Assembly (NCBI GenBank): GCA_964057225.1 | Contig: OZ059897.1 | Span: 14,942,001-15,006,000, forward strand | From: Auanema rhodensis | Taxonomy: Eukaryota > Animalia > Nematoda | Reading direction: 5' to 3' | Length of the DNA: 64,000 nt | In this document: positions 37,544 through 53,731 of the stretch, piece by piece | Layout of the letters: the number at the start of each line of letters is the position of its first letter | Position numbering within the stretch: the stretch's first letter is position 1 | Notes under the pieces: generated by a model | What the model was told of the DNA's origin: nothing | Databases searched by the model: none | Seen by the model: only the letters and a program-made list of their open reading frames with translations | Program-made: the position numbers and the translations under genes

Positions 37544-40500
37544 TTAGAACCAGGGGTGAAGTGATGGGTTAACATTACACAAATTTTCGGGTCTTCCAGC
37601 AATGTGCAAAAGTCCTGGTATGTCCCTCATAGTGGCTGCGCTCTCCGGAGAGTTAATTTCTAAACAAATCTTAAATTAAAAAAATTGAGAAACCAAAACG
37701 AACTCTTAGCCTCAAGTATAAAGTTGTTAACAAAGTTGTTGGTTACATTCCAAATTTCGTTCTAAATACAAAAGTTAAAACTATTTACGATCTGTTCAAT
37801 TCCTTGCCTGATCACCACCACTTGTCGAGGCAACATGGTCCCACAATAATGGTCGTAACATTAGTTCAGGATGACGAAACTGCAAACATTTACCAACAGA
37901 GATGGCAGACCATTTCAGATCACCTAAAATATAAACCATGGCTATATTTATCAAAAAAATATTACCGCCAACAGATAAACCAAACAAAATACTGAAATTT
38001 GGAGTTAGTCTAAAAGGAACATGTCGGTCTTCATCTAAAATAAAAATTAGTTGCTGACTGATTATTAGGAAATTTACCTTTTACATCAATATTGAAAGAA
38101 TAATCAGGATTACACAATTGGCCTGTGTACTTATTTATCCAGATATCTTGCAGAGCTACAGGATTTAGCTTAGTTAGCCATTCAACAACAAACAGTATGG
38201 CCATATTATGTACAATCTCAAAGTTATATAAAGTTTATGACTGGATGTAGAGAGTAATAAAATTACCTGTTTCTTTGCCATGTAATAGTGTGTAGGATCA
38301 GGATAAGAAATAAGGAAATGTCGAACAAGTATAGCAGAAGAAATGAATTCATCAACAGTCATATCACTAAAACTGCCTCTTAGTAACTCAATTAAAATTG
38401 TCAAACCTGAAAACCCGTGCTCGGATATCTACTGTTGCTGGTCTTCCTTCGACTGCACTTGATGAAAGTCGATCATAGAACATTGCTATCACATCGTCTG
38501 GCCTCATTCCTAATGGCACAAGAGTATCTGATAGTATCTCCATCGGATGAAGAATAGGAGATGTAGTCTGAGGAGCTTCCGCTGTATTTGCAACAACACC
38601 TTAAGGATCATCAATATAGATGAATATAGCATTAAATTAAACCTGCTGTCTCAATCAAGGAGCAGTGGGTGCCCACTCTCAACTGAGTTGGTGCATACAC
38701 AGAGAGATGACGACGACACGTTTCCTAGAAATTACACAATTGTAATCAAGGTTGAATAGTATACACATACCCTCTCTTTAGCTAGTAGTGCATTCAAACT
38801 ACTCAAATATTGCTGACAGCGATTTATTTCATGTTCTTTGCTAACAGAACGACGGATATAGTAATGACAAGTCTAAATGATAAGTAGAAGCAAAAAAATA
38901 AATTTCAATGTATTACCTTTCCAGTTTGAGCCCTGATAGAAATTTTTCGCACAATATCGCCAGCGTGGAAGTCAAGCTCAATGTAAGGATCCACTCGGGA
39001 AATCATAGATACATATTGTCCATTCTGTTATATATTGAATTACATGATCTTGTGGTCATTAAACATACTCTGAGCACATTAAGCATATCAGATGGCATTT
39101 CTACACAAGCAACTTTATGAGTTAAACCTGTGAGGTAAGGACTGAGAACTTGAAGTGGTACACGTCTTTAAACATATTTTAATTTTAAAATTTTAAAACC
39201 GTGTTAAACAAACCTTGGTAAACGTTTAACTCTCTTATGAAGTCGATTTACAATTCTTAAGACAGATTCCATAAAGCGCAAAATGGACCCTGGGGCTGGT
39301 GGAGTTTCTAGCAGGTTAACGATATCTTGGGATACTTCTCGTATAAACTAAACAGTTAAACTAAAGCTATATATTCGAAAACAATGCCTACACAAGATTC
39401 AAAACTTTGCGGTCTGTATTCGTCAGGTATGAATTCAAGCGTATCTTCAGATATGCAGCCATCTTCACCAGCGCTTATCTTACTCTTCCAGTCAGCTATA
39501 AAAGATAGAGCTTTGTCGTCAAGAACAGCCATGTTCGGATGAGTTAATCTTTGTTCGTTAAGACATCTATAAGGTATAATGTAACCTCTAATATTTAAAC
39601 AATATAAACTCACCTAAAAACTTCAGCCTTCATCTGACTTGCATAACGAAAATGCCTTTCTGCCCAGAATTCAGGCAAGCTATCAAGCTCACAGAGGAAA
39701 CGATTGAAAGCCTTGATGAGAAAAACATATTTAAAAAGATAGAAACGATTTATATACCCTAATATCAGTTGGTCTTAAATTCACAACATCCTTCAAAATC
39801 GGAAGAAGCGCAAGAACCCAGTCTGGATGATCAGTAATGTCTGATATTTCTGGATCTCCGTTGCATACTAAAAACTTATATATGAAGTAAGAAAGAAAAA
39901 AATTAGAAACCTTTTGATATGATTTCAGAAGCCAGATCACCTGGAAGGGATGCTCTGAGAGAATAAAATACTTGCATAGGAAATTGTTGCGCAATCTATA
40001 AAAATAATGATTATATAAATATTCACCGAACAAATTTTATACCCTTCTCAGGATAAGAGCAAAAGCTGATGTTGATCGATATCGAATATCGTAAACTAAC
40101 TGTGGAATCCTGAAAACAACACAATAACATAGAATTGAACCTTGACAAACCAGCTAAGCCAATTGTAAGCAACAGTAGTACGCTCATGCTTTTTGATTTG
40201 TTCATCCAATCGGTTCTCAGAAGATATTCCACAAGAAACCATTAATTTCGAGGTCCACAGTAGTCTGAAAAACATTTTAAACATTTCAACTATAAACAAA
40301 TTACCTTGCAATATATTTTCTAGCTTTAGGTTCACATTCAGTGCGAGCGGCTTCTAGGAAGCAAGCAATAGCCCCAGAACCAGACGTGAGTCCATGATGA
40401 TCATTTCTTTAAAATTAATTAATTTGATGCATCAAAACAATTTTTGATAGCTTACTTCTCAACATGGAAAATACGATCCATATGATTACCCCATGCTTTG

Positions 40501-43500
40501 AAAACATTGCCAGTATTGCCTGGAGTATAGTTGGGACCTTCATATAACTGACCTGCTTGGGAGAAGGCAACCATTGCTTCATCTCGTCTAAAAAATAAAG
40601 GAATATTTACGGTCCAAAAACTATGTGTATATTACTTATCAAGAAGACTCAATAGGGATCCTTTCATTGTATACAATCGACATATTTGTTCTTTATGGCA
40701 ATCGGAGATGACAACTTCGTCAATTAAATGAAGACCCTAAAAATGCAAAAAAAAATATTTACTCAACCTTTCATCTTACCAAATGAAGTAAGTGGAGCCT
40801 AGTTTTTGGATCAGTATCAGGATCTTCAGCATGTGCTCGTAATGTTTTCACGTGTTCACAAACTTTATGATGAGCATCCATTAAGGGAACAGTCACCATA
40901 GTATGTAATCTAGAGAATAAAACCAGTTTTTTATATGGGAGGCAGAATACCTAGTCAGTTGTTCAATGGCAAGATCAAAATGTCGCATGTTCCTAGCAGC
41001 ACGAGCTATAAACACTTGTCCTTGCGCTGCTGAGTGAACTGGTAAAATGGCTTGAGAAGTTGTTCCATGTGGAAGAGGAACCTGAATGAGTTTATAAGCA
41101 TATTCTAATCGGAATCTTTGACATACTCCTCCTCTCTCCCAATCTTCAAAACGTCGAGCTAGCATAGAATGAACTTGACAGCGCCAGTTATACAAATCAG
41201 TGATGAAGAGCATGTCATCAGAAAATCCTGGTGTTCGGTTTCTAAAAAAATATAAAGAACTGAAATTTGTATAAGAATAAACCTCCAAATTTTAATAACA
41301 TTTTTCATTTCATTGAGAATGTTGCCGTTGAAAACATTACCAGTAGAATCAAGAGCCGATTTTAACTCTGTGCAATCAGCAACTTCTCGAATCATACTCA
41401 TAGCCTAAATGCAAACGTTTACTAACTCAAAATTTGAACATTTTTTTTCAAACCTGCAGAATTTTAACATGAGCATTGGTAACAATGCTTGGTAATGATC
41501 TCCACCAAATAATATGAGTAGTAGTAGCCTCTTCTAGTGCACGCTCCATTCGTGGTTTGGAATTCGAAGACAACGAATCCGACGGATCAGGTGGTTGCTA
41601 AACACCAATTTGAGTTGAAACTCTACAGTCTAAGCCTACCATTAAATTTAACATTGCATTGTAAATATAATAAGTGTGGGCAAATTTGGGAGGAACGCAT
41701 CCACTCAGTTGATCTCTACATTCTCGTACGATACTTAAATCAGGAATATGCATAGCGGCAATCATCAAAAGACGAGGAGATTGGGTACTCGCGCTGTTCG
41801 CAAAATCACGAAGTTTTTCCCATTCCATTAACTCTTGGCAACATCTTAAAATAATATGATCAAAAATCCAAATTATTCAACTCACGTAGTATAAACATCG
41901 AATATAAGCTCAAGTTCTTCAGTTAATGCAGGATTAACTTGCGACTGCTGAATTTCTTCACCAATTATTGCTAGTGTAGATTCTACCATCTCTGATGCAC
42001 GTTTATATTCTCCCTGAAATTAGAATTTCATAAATTAAAAAAATAAATTCAACAACCATTTGAACTTTTTCCATGATCATATGAGTTTCCTGTCTGTACG
42101 CTCTCATATCCCACACTCCAGCGAATTGATCCATTTCTTCAAGATCTTTATAGAGCTCAGACAAATAATGAAGAGCTTCCTGAAATGATAAAAGATTAAG
42201 AAACATAAAAGACACATTGTCAACCTTTTGTACATCGCTATGCTCTATATGCATACCATCAGGCTCCATCATTTTACATTGAAGATTTAATACCTCATTT
42301 TCCAGCATAAGTGCTCCACGATGCCAAGCATGATGTTGCGACGATATAAACTGAAATTAGAAATAATTTTAAAAGATCGAAAAACATGTACTTGCCTGTA
42401 TCAAGCTAGGAGGCAATCTGTATTCAGGATATAATCTACTGATAACTTCTAACCAAGCTCGGAGAACAGAATTTGGAGCATTTACTTGATGATTATGGGT
42501 CCCAGAAGAAAGAAATGATTCCAAGTTATCTGAAAAACATAGGATAACATTGCGACTTTGGCTAATCTTACCTGAGCATCGTTTTCTCTCCATCATTGAC
42601 ATGGATACCCAAAGGGAATAGAACAGCTGTGTCCAAATTTTCGCCACAAATTTGGTGTCTGAATGGTCATGGATTAGTATAATTCAAATATTTAAGTACT
42701 TCTACCTTGTACACTAAAAATGAGTCCAGTTATACTATCAACACGACTAGCCATATCAAAACAAGCAGATTCGGAAATCAAACTGCGTTGTTCGAGCAAC
42801 AATGTATCAAGCTTCGAGTCAACATCCATTTCAGTATCAAGATTTTCACCTTCTGCAGCAGATGGTGTTCTTGATGTCGGAACAGAACCAGCTAAAGCCA
42901 TAGCCCCTAATGATGGTATGTTATCACGGAAGCCTCCAACGCGTTGCAATGTGTGCCAGAAATTAGATGTGGTCATAAAGTATGTTCGTTTCCTAGGGCT
43001 ATCCTGATTATATTTAGGAATCGCTCGAAGCATAAGCCACAAAGCATGTTTTAGCCAGTAGTAATCTCGGAAAGGATTCCAATTCTGCTCTTCCATCAGG
43101 TAGATTAATCTATCGAAAACAAATGGTTTTTCTAATACACGTCGCTCCCAGACACAGAGAAATTTATTTCGGAGTTCAGCATCCTTAAATCGAGAACGTA
43201 CAAAATGACCAAAAAACATCAAACTTACAGGCGACATTAATCCCCAATAGAAAGCTTCTTCCATTTTGTACGCATAGTCAGAAGAACTAAAAAGTTTGTT
43301 CTCGAAAATAGTCAAAGCCAAGTGAAGGAATAAGTTCATTAGCGAACTGGTTAAAAGACTTGAAGAATATCGGAACCGTTTTCCCAAAAGAATATAAAGA
43401 CGCACTGCTAATGGTAAACCAGGATTTGCTGAACTCTGAAATTGTAAAATGTTATTTAAACCCTCTGGGAAGGGAATTCGAAAACCTCATCTTTATGGGT

Positions 43501-46500
43501 TGTAACAAGAGCCTGTGTCATTTTAATAATCCCTTCTATTACTTTTTCGTACGAACTCTTTTCCATTAATGGCAAGAGGACATTTTGACATATAATTCTT
43601 CTGTTTTCCAACCCTACAGCTTCGATTCGAGGTCTCAACAGTTCCATAGCCAATGAGATAACTTCAGCATGTCCTAAGAATAAAGATCATCAAATCTTTA
43701 TTTGAAAAATGTGCTTATACCTTTTTCCCTAGGAGAATCTTGAGCAGCTTGCATAGCACAGTGCTCACGAACACTCCTTTCCAAAACTTTTAGAAAAGCA
43801 GCAAGACAAACTGAATCTAAATATCCTTCTTGATAGCTACAAATTGATCTTAGCATAGTGAAAGCTGTCACTAAACTTTGAAGAGAGGTATTTGGAGCTC
43901 TGCAACAGCTAGTTATAAATATATATATATGAAGTATGACAAACTTGTAAAAATTATTAAACTGATCATTCAGATATTTAGCAATATACTGATTGAATAT
44001 TTCCAACTCATCAAGGCCTGAACCGGATGTTTTCGTTTTCTCAAACAATCTCGCTACGAGATAATTGACAGTACGCACAAGCTGCAATAAAAGAATGCAC
44101 GAAAAAATAATGAATAGAACCTACAGGTGCAAAATTACTGTTTAGACATGATATAATAGCCCTTTGAATTGGTCGAATAACTTGAAGAAGAAGGGATTTT
44201 GGCTAGAACGAAATAATTTAAGACAATTAAACATAATCAAGCTCACCATAACAGAAGTTAAGCCGTATAAAACTTCAAGAGTTTGTTGAGCTTGTTGAAG
44301 ATGCATAGTTGCTTGCTGTGAATGATGTTCTTGTCTCAAGTTAATGAAGTCAGTAGGAATAGTAAGTTGCTTATCAATCCTGAATTAACTCGTTACGAGC
44401 ATAACATAGTATTATGCAAACCATTGTACTCGTACAGTAACAGTTTCACCCCAGACAACTGGTTTAAGAGCAGCACGTAATAACCCAAGACTTCTTTTCG
44501 CCATTTCAACTGCCGTCGAAGCATACGTCTGATGACTTGTAACAGCAGCAGGCTAGAATGTGATTCACTTTAAGATTCAATTAAGCACACCTTACTGAGC
44601 AAGCAAATTTCAAAAGCATATTGACAACTGTATCTACATGCTCCTTGGAAATAGGTTTCATAGCATTTTCATCTCTCTCTTTTGGACCTTAATTAGAAAA
44701 ATAAAAAATACAAAATACAATGGAAACACTACCCGATGCTACAGATTCTTGACTGGAACTTTGAGATGTTTTATCATTAGCTGAACTATCTTTCTTTTCA
44801 TCCTTTTCAGAAGCTTTCAAAGCTTCAAGAACACTTTCAACCTAAATGCGAAAGTTAGGTTGTATACTATTTGATTAAACTTATGCACCTCGTCCTGCCC
44901 TTCGCCACCTGAGTTGTTCTCCAACATTTTGTTACGAAGTAAATCCCACTTTATTATCATTTCGCAGACATCTAATCCTAAACGTCGAGCTGTGAACCTA
45001 TAAAAAGTAAGTTTTATCATGGAAGATATTTACCAAGTACCCTTCCATTAATCCACTTGATGCATGTATACTTCTTTGAACGGCTTGAAGTAGAGTGGGA
45101 AGAAGATCATGGCGAATATGATAATATACTCGATAATTCCGAATTATCATTTGGCTGAATTGAATGGTGAATAAAACATTTGGATAAAGAATATTACATG
45201 ATATGCTGGGTTTGAACAAGGTTATGAGATTCTTCTCTTAGAATTTTCTTGACTGTTGTGAGGATTTGTTGATGACCGTCATCCATACGAATAGGAACTG
45301 CAGGAGTCAAAACATCCACAGCTCGTTTCACTTGTTCACGATTGTCGATTTGATAAGTTGCTGCTAAGGTATGAAAAACCTGAAAACGAACTCTGAACTA
45401 AACAAATCAAGTATGATATACCTGAAGGACAATTTTCCGGTTAATAGTAAACCTATCAATAATATGGGCTAGGAAAAGGAATCCAGTGAATCGAAGAGTA
45501 GGGTCAGCGAGTGAGCCAGTGGTTAAGCATGGCCAAGCGAAGAGCATAAAGACACGAAGACGACTGCCTTGTTTTCTATATACATAAATATAAGAACTAT
45601 TAACGTAAAATAATACATACTTGCATGCATTGTTATGGATATGTTCAGGAGCATATTCCACTAACAACGTGCAAAGTTGGTAGAATACAATAACATTTTT
45701 ATCTCCGAGACAACTACGATGTCGATCAAGCATGTTCGCCAATCGTGAAACAATACTGTTAGGATCTTCTTCCTGAGTATCGCTGGCAGGTAGGGCAGGG
45801 CCGAGAACCTTGATGAATGAATCTTATAATTAAAAAATCTACAGGTGTAACTTACATCATCTACATTATAGCGTTCAAATGCCCAATGTAAACAAGGAAT
45901 GAGAAGATACTGAACGATTCTAGCCATTGTTGTATTTTTCTGCCAAACATCTGGCTGGGTTTCGAACTTTTGCAGAACGAGATTAAACACCTCTTGTCTC
46001 CATGATAATGGGTAACACTAAACTTGAATATATTGGACATGTTGAGGAATAAAAACATACGGGAATAATTTCCTTCTCAATGAAATCTTTGAGAAATCCA
46101 AAATCAGTAGCATACGGATTATCAAATACAAACAATATGTCAAATAGCAGGTCATAGGACTCTCTATTTCTTCTAAAGTCAAAATAGTTAACATTCTCAA
46201 AAGAAACTCTCGACAAACCTCAGATAACGTATAAAGCAATTAACCATTAAACCAGGTACTTTGTATTTCTGACTTGGTGTCATTTGAACTTTGATTTGCC
46301 GTCTATCTTCGCCTTCAACATTAGCTTGACGAACACTATATCGAAGTTTAAACTCGGCTGAGTTCCACGTCTAGAATTGTTAAGAAAATTAAAATATATT
46401 TCAGCAATTGTATACTTGTTTCAATTTGTCTATCAACTCATGAGCACTTGTAAACCAGTCTAAGTCTCTTCGAGCTACCGTATCCAAAACATAGAGAACT

Positions 46501-49500
46501 GTTTCTTCCCTTATCATTACAGAAAGATCTGACTTATCTGTTGAAGGAGTCCATTCTCCATTATCATCCTTGAAGCAGATAAATAAATTAATTGTTTACA
46601 ATGAATTCAAACCATAAAACTGTGATCAAGTAGCTTCAAGAAATACTCAGAATGACTAGACAGATGAGCCCTCAAGGGTTCAGAATTGTCTTGCTTCATA
46701 ATTTTTTTTAAGAACGATGCATAAGGATATGATAGGAAGAACTCTTCTTTCATAAGATATTTCAAAGTAACTTCAGGCCATTTCGATAATAATTCGCAGA
46801 TAAGGGGAAGCCAAGTTACTGCGCCCTAAATAACATAATTACAATATTATAAAAAAGTTTATCTTACGTCCATAGAATAATTACTCTCGAAGAAAATAGC
46901 GAATGAAAGTAGTGTATTAGCCATGGTTGGCTCAGCAATCTGAAATAAGAAGCAATGAGCAGCAACAGATTCAGTCACTTACTTTACTAATCAAAAGAAG
47001 TTTGAAAGAAACATGAACTGCTTCCAAGTCTTCAGGAGTTCGAATAGGTATATCATCAGGTAGAACTGCTTGAACTTCCCAGCGACGAATATGACCCTGT
47101 AATAGGAATAAAAGCACATGAATACAATGAAATGTTTGGCTCACCACAACAGCACACGCTATTTCTTTGGTGAAAGCATCAGAGTTCAATCTGCATATTT
47201 CATAAAGTTTGATGACATCGGTTGAATCAAAATCGGCCCCTTTTCCTAAGCGGAAAAGCAATTCTGAGCATTCTTCATTGACAAATTCGAGAGAAATAGG
47301 AGCGATCTAAAAAACATGAGTACTATCCTATTGCAATCATATCCTACATCAAAAAGGGCAGGTCGGATTGCTTCTGTAGTAGAATAGGTTCCACCAAGTA
47401 GATACTGCATCCCCAATTTAAGTATTCTTTTTTCCTCGCTAGCCAACTCGATACTTTCTTCTATGTTTGTTTTTTTTGTAATTCCATAAGAAGCAATGGC
47501 AATTTCTAAAAAATAATTTTCACAATTATCTCCAAACTTATAAGCTTACTCAATGCATTCACTTTCATTGTTTCCATTTGCTGTGTGATAGGATAGGGAG
47601 GTAAGAAGTGCGCTGGACAATTTTCAGCTGTCTTATAAATGTCCCTGTAAACTTTGATTAGTCAAAAATATAAGCAATGTATAACCTTGTTAGCAAAGTG
47701 GTAGTATCAGTTTCACATATATCAAACAAAATATCCAAGAAATTCGGAAGAATTTCATTCTGCATTCCTAGCTTGGTGATCTCGGGATAAACTTTGTACA
47801 ATGAATACAAAGTATCTAAAGCCGCGATTTTTTGAGTCATTGACATTGCTTGAAAATCAGCATATAGTTTGTCTGTAAGATAAGCATTTGGGAACAGATC
47901 AAGAAGAAATATATACCTATTTCTCTTGAAAAGTCATCATAGCATGTTCCAATAACAAGGTTCATAGAATAGCCAACTAATGAAGCCAAATTATTCATCA
48001 AATGCCACCCTTTTTCGCGAGCAGATGCGCAAGCATGAAACAGGAGAGACGAATAAACTCTAACAAAGACAGGACATTTTTGGGCCAGAGGTACATTATC
48101 AGCCTAAAATGAGATTTTGCAATACTCTTAGTATTCACGAACTTACAACAAACACTCTCTTGTGAAGACCTAATAATGAGTTCAAAGCCATGTCTACAGC
48201 ACCGGAAGATATCTCATCCAATAACCCAATAATCACCTTAACACGAGTTGTAGGAATATTGATAATATCAAACAAAACAAGAATACAAACCTCAACTAAA
48301 CTTTTAACTATTTTATGCAAGTTCAATTTCAGGAATGCCAGAGGATAGTTTTCGATCATGTAATTAAGTGCACTTCCACCACCTAAGCGTGCAAACCAGG
48401 ATGGACCATAGCATAATGTACAAACTTGCTCCAGAAGGTAACGAATCATTGGAATTCTTATTGACTGGAAAAATGTAATATCAAAATCATTCAAAAATAT
48501 TCTCATACCATTTCTGCAGACGGTAAAACTGTTTTGCATGTTTCATTGATGTGGCACAACGCAACAATAGCGGAATGAAGATAGTCTTTGTTCGAATCTG
48601 ATAAAACAGCTACCAAAGCATCAACTAATACAGAAGCATCGAGACAAAAATGAGTCATTTGATCAGGTGTTAATAAATCCCGAGCTAAAGTCAAAAATAT
48701 AGAAACATCTAACAATAATATTCAAACCTGTATATTCTAAAATTCCTTGAATTGTCAATTGTCGTACTACAGCATTGAAAAATTTCAAATATTGATTACG
48801 TAAATCTTTGCCAACAACTCCAACTGAAATTTTTGTATAATACCAAATAGATTTAGTGAAAACACGAACTAAATAACACAACCAAGGCATCTGTGAAAAG
48901 CTTTCTGTCAGGACTTCGAACACATTTATAAACAGGTACATCTACTGATGGATTTTCCATCATCTTGAAATATAAATAATAAGTATTTGTAACCAAAAAA
49001 TAGTTAACCTTGAACTGCTCTTTAAGATTATCTATAAAACTATTTTTCCAATCATCTCCTGTAATTACAGGCCCCAATCCGGTTAAAAGAACTCCATGAG
49101 CAATCTTTAGATTAAAAATTAAAAAATAAAATAGTAAAATATAAAACCAGAAAAAGGGAGTTAAAGCTAACCTCCATGCAATGCAATCTAATGAGCTGAG
49201 CATATGGCTGATTGGGCTGTGGTACAAATTGTAAAGGTAAAACTGGCAATCCAGGAGTTGCTTCGGTTGGAACGATACAAGTTCTAAAAACTATATCAAA
49301 ACCCTTTTTTGAAAAATCACGTACTTCATCTGTTCCACAGCTACAGCAAGAATTTCTGATAACGACAATTCTCCAATTAAAGGTTGACTACCTTGTTCGG
49401 ATCTGTCAAACTCAATACTAAGAACTGCTTGATAATCCGATGGCAGCACATGTTTTAATTGCTGAAACTGTCATTTATATACCGTATTTTGTTTATTAAT

Positions 49501-52500
49501 TCCACCTGTGGTTCACTAAGCATGCGGCGATTAGCTCCACCAAACTTTCCAAGAATTCTAAATGCAATGGAAGCTGAGTTCATGTCGCTTGAAGTACTTA
49601 AAACTCTCCATAAACCTTAATTATTGTTTAAATATAGAGAAAATACGAAAGAAAAACCTTGCATTAAAGCTCCACGAACTGGTGCCATATGCTCAAAAAG
49701 ATATTCGGGTTGCAGATTATCAACACATAACTCTAGTGTACGAAGACCTTGTTGAACTAAGGAGGAACTTCCACTTAATGCACACACAAGGGGATCCATG
49801 AGCAGAGGTAGATACGGTAATAAACTAGACAATCTTACAGGAACTGTTAAGCATAACTCCAAAAATAGCTCTCTCATCTGTTGTCGATGAGGACATGACT
49901 ATAAGTATTACTGTATATACGTACGGTAAAATGAAAAAAATACCTGTAGCATATTCAAGAATTGAAGAAGGTTGGGCAAAAGAGGAAGAAATTGAACATA
50001 TAATATGTCATGAGCACCTCCTCCGATTGAACGAAAGAGAGCTCTCAACAATAAGAAGTAATTTAAAGGTTCTCTTGCATGCAACGCAAACTCAGTTGAT
50101 TTTCTTATCAAATCAGAAAGATAGGGCTAAAACAAAAACTAAGCTAAATTTGCGTAAAAAATAATGAAAAATCACTACCTTCAACATTAATTCTCCATCA
50201 GGAGATGACTGCGGTTGGCTACATCCAATAGCAGAAAATATAATTTTGAACAATTTAACATACAACCCAGTCTTGTCATTACTCACTGATATTATTGAAC
50301 ATGAAAATTTTAAAAAAATATGACATACTTGACAAAGCATCCAGTTTCTCCATTAAATACTTCAGCAAAATACTACCAAACTTACAAGACCAATCTGCTC
50401 TCACAAGAAAAGTGTTAACAATCATTTGAAGAGATGGATTTCTGTAACAAAATATGTATTTTAATTTTAAACCAGGGATAACAACCTATGAATTCCTTCA
50501 ATCAAAAAATCAATATATTTAGCAAAGAGCTCTCGGAAAACATCGGAATCAATGTTTGTGAACTTAAATTTAAGGTATTGCTAGAGGATAAGGAATACAA
50601 ACATACGACTGCCGCTAAAGCTTCCAGAGCTTCCTTTTCATCTTTAGATCGAGAGCTAGGATTTCTAGAGTTGTATTAGTATTTAAAAACAATAATTATC
50701 CTACTGATTATTAGACCCTCTTCCAGATGTTGGTTGATGAGGTAAAACAAACACATCCATACATTGCGTTGAATAGAGGAATAAACGTTCAAATATATCA
50801 CGTTCTTTAACCTTTGTAACAGATACTAAGCAAAAAAAAATATATATATGAAATGTTTAGTATCCATACCATTACTACGTCTTGAATTAACTAGTTGACC
50901 AGTACAAAACTTACAAGTTTGCATAATATATTTAACCAAATTACGTGCTTCGGGCACTGTTAATGGAGGAGAGTGGATTGTCCACCTGTAAGAACATAAA
51001 ACAATCGAAATTAAAATCATGGCTTACAAATTAGACAAAATTTGAGAAGGAGCTGTGTGACGACCATGCTTAGTAGGTGGTGGCATTTCTTTCTTAGAGT
51101 CTGAAATTTTTCAATGTGCAACACCCGCAGAAATGTTTTACCTATGATATTCTCTTCAATATCCATTATGGTATCTAAAGACATTCTTCGTCCAAAAAGA
51201 CTATCATTCAGATCAGCTCTTAAAGGCTTGGTTGCACTGAAAAATGACTTGAATACTCAACAAAATAGCAAGACTTACTCTTTTTTTTCCGAAGATTTTA
51301 CATCGCCATCTGATCCGTGTAGTTTTATAAGTTGAGGAAGATGATATGCAGCTATCAGTTTAAGCTTGATAACAACGCTTTCTAATATGGAAATCAACAC
51401 ATCTCTTGTCTTAATTAAGCATATTATAAAATCTTGAGTTAATATGGGTAATACTTACAGCTTCTCCCTGTTGCTCCATTTTACCCATTGTTTCACTAAC
51501 ACTATTTAACAATCTAACACACATAATTTGAACCTGAACATGATTAATGAGTTTAATTTTTTTTTATATTATATACCTGAGGGGAGATCGAGTTATCATT
51601 CATAGTTCTACTAAAAACGCAAACGATACTGAAAAAAACAAATAAAACTTGTAATTTAAAAAATATTTGATTACTGAGCAAGCATAGAAAAAGTGAGATG
51701 ATTTCTGATATGATGAAGTAAATCAGCTAATATCTGATACATGAATACTCTGAAAACAAAAATAAAATGAATAAAATAAAACAAGACATGCCTTAAATGA
51801 TCTGCAGATGTGAAACCAGTACCTAACATTGTTTCTTCACACAATAATCTAGTTAGATAAGGTAGAAACTTCAACCTCAAATCTGTTCCAAACAAAAATT
51901 TCAATGTCATCAGTACTTCTCTGGAATTCAGACTTAAATTAAACAAGATACATATCCAAAGCCTACTTTCGTATAACAGTGAGATTGGTCGGCAAATTAT
52001 CAAGATGACAAAATAAGGCCGTAATCAAAGTCACAGATTGCTGTTGCAGAACTTCCATAAACTAAAGCATTTGATTGAGATTTTCAAAATATAAATAATA
52101 TACCTGAGGCAATTTTCCCATAATATTTACGTAGCACAAAGCTCTAACTTGAGAGGTGTAGAATTCATCAGCAACAGCCTGTTTAGAAAAGTTAGTAGTC
52201 ATAAGATAAAAAATCTTACTTTATTGAAATGAGGAGATTCCTTCTGTTCTTGTGGGATTTGTAAACTAGCAAATTGTATAACTAGAGTAAGATATTCTAA
52301 GCACTTAAAAAACCAAATATAAAGTTAAGACTTGGAAAATTTGAAATTACTTCACTGAGAACAGCAGATTTGTAATGCTGATATAGAAAAACGAAAAGCA
52401 TTGTGAGTTCTTGAATTAATTTAATTGACTGCGATGCACGAGGTATGAGATTATACTGTAAAGTATAACGAGTTAAACAGTACTCAATAAAATAAAAACC

Positions 52501-53334
52501 TTAATAGAGTCTTGTCCTGGTCTTCCATTCTGTGCATTATTTAACGTAACTGGTTGTACATAATAACATTTAACCAAACACTGAAACGATAAATTTACTT
52601 CTGGGAAACTATATATCGTACCATTTCTATCAATGTCTCATCAGTGGGGCTTACAGATGGTCGCCCTACTCCAAGATCACGAGATTCAAACATTCCATTA
52701 TAAATAAAGGTAGACATATCCTTCAATAACTGCTTACAGAAAGTAGTAACAGATGTAATCTGCAAGAAAAAATTAAACCAAGTACTTCGGAATGTAGGGA
52801 ACCTCCTGGTGAAAATGCATTTTGAAATTGGGATTTCTACCAATATCTGTTATAATTTTAATGGCCAAAATAGCATTTTCCTCATTATCTACTACAATCA
52901 ACTTTAACAAGCATTTTGTGATATCTTTAATATGAGGTTTCATAGCATCATGGGTTGAAGACCGTAAAATAATCTCAAGTATCTGTTTTCTGAGAAGCTG
53001 TAAAATATAAATACGCTTATTTTCGAATATATCCATATATAATCTCACATGAGTGTTATTTTCACTAATAAATTGCGGTTGAGTCTCGGTCAACAACTTT
53101 ATGAAAACTTTAATCAGGCTTTCTAAAAGACCTGGAAATGATGTTGAAGGGTATAATACTTCAAATCCCGATAATATTTCCTAAATAACAGTTATTTTCT
53201 GTTTTAAGAAACTTTTATACCTGAAGAGATCTTAATTTTAAGTCATCTCGTTGATTTGAATCTTGTAATATTCTAACATGATTCTCTAGTTCCCCTCCCA
53301 TAATAGTGGAAGTCAATGAAGACGTTCCAGCCAT
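37544..53334 (-). CDS. trr-1: TRRAP/Tra1 PIKK-family pseudokinase scaffold (NuA4/SAGA); many short introns (roughly 70-80, estimated from span)
   Basis: [19 protein letters not shown]; [22 protein letters not shown]; [47 protein letters not shown]; FAT region; C-terminal FATC ...[15 protein letters not shown] (TAA 37546-37544). Confidence 0.97.
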
Positions 53335-53731
53335 TAAGCCGGGCCTCATCGACATTCCAACTGCTTCGGGGATAAAATATTTCTGAAATACTCACAGTAA
53401 AGCATATAATTTTCGAAAAAGCATTGAAATTTAAGTGAAACGTTTAAATAAAATTCAAATATGTTTAGGGCTTGATCAGGGAAACTTAGCGCACGGTTAA
53501 ATGGGCGGAGCCTAAATATATGCGACAACTGCGTACCTTGTACATATTGTACAAATCTGCATAACGTTCGCTGGAGATTTACTAGCAATACAATATAATA
53601 ATACTATATATAATTGTTAAAAGCTTATCATATACATAATATTGTTTATTATCATGGTATTGTCTTATTATGTACTATATTCGTTTATTTAATTATTTTT
53701 TGAACTCATATATATTTCTTTCAGATTCTTC
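53335..53731. promoter_or_regulatory. Probable bidirectional promoter between trr-1 and dymeclin
   Basis: 397 bp between divergent ATGs; GC-box GGGCGGAGC at ~53503; TTTCAG outron acceptors on each strand (~53383 on -, 53719-53724 on +). Confidence 0.65.

Noticed and set aside
53504-53515. GGC-GGA-GCC-TAA resembling an elimination-motif core
   Set aside because: Arms are not palindromic; better explained as a promoter GC box between two conserved genes.
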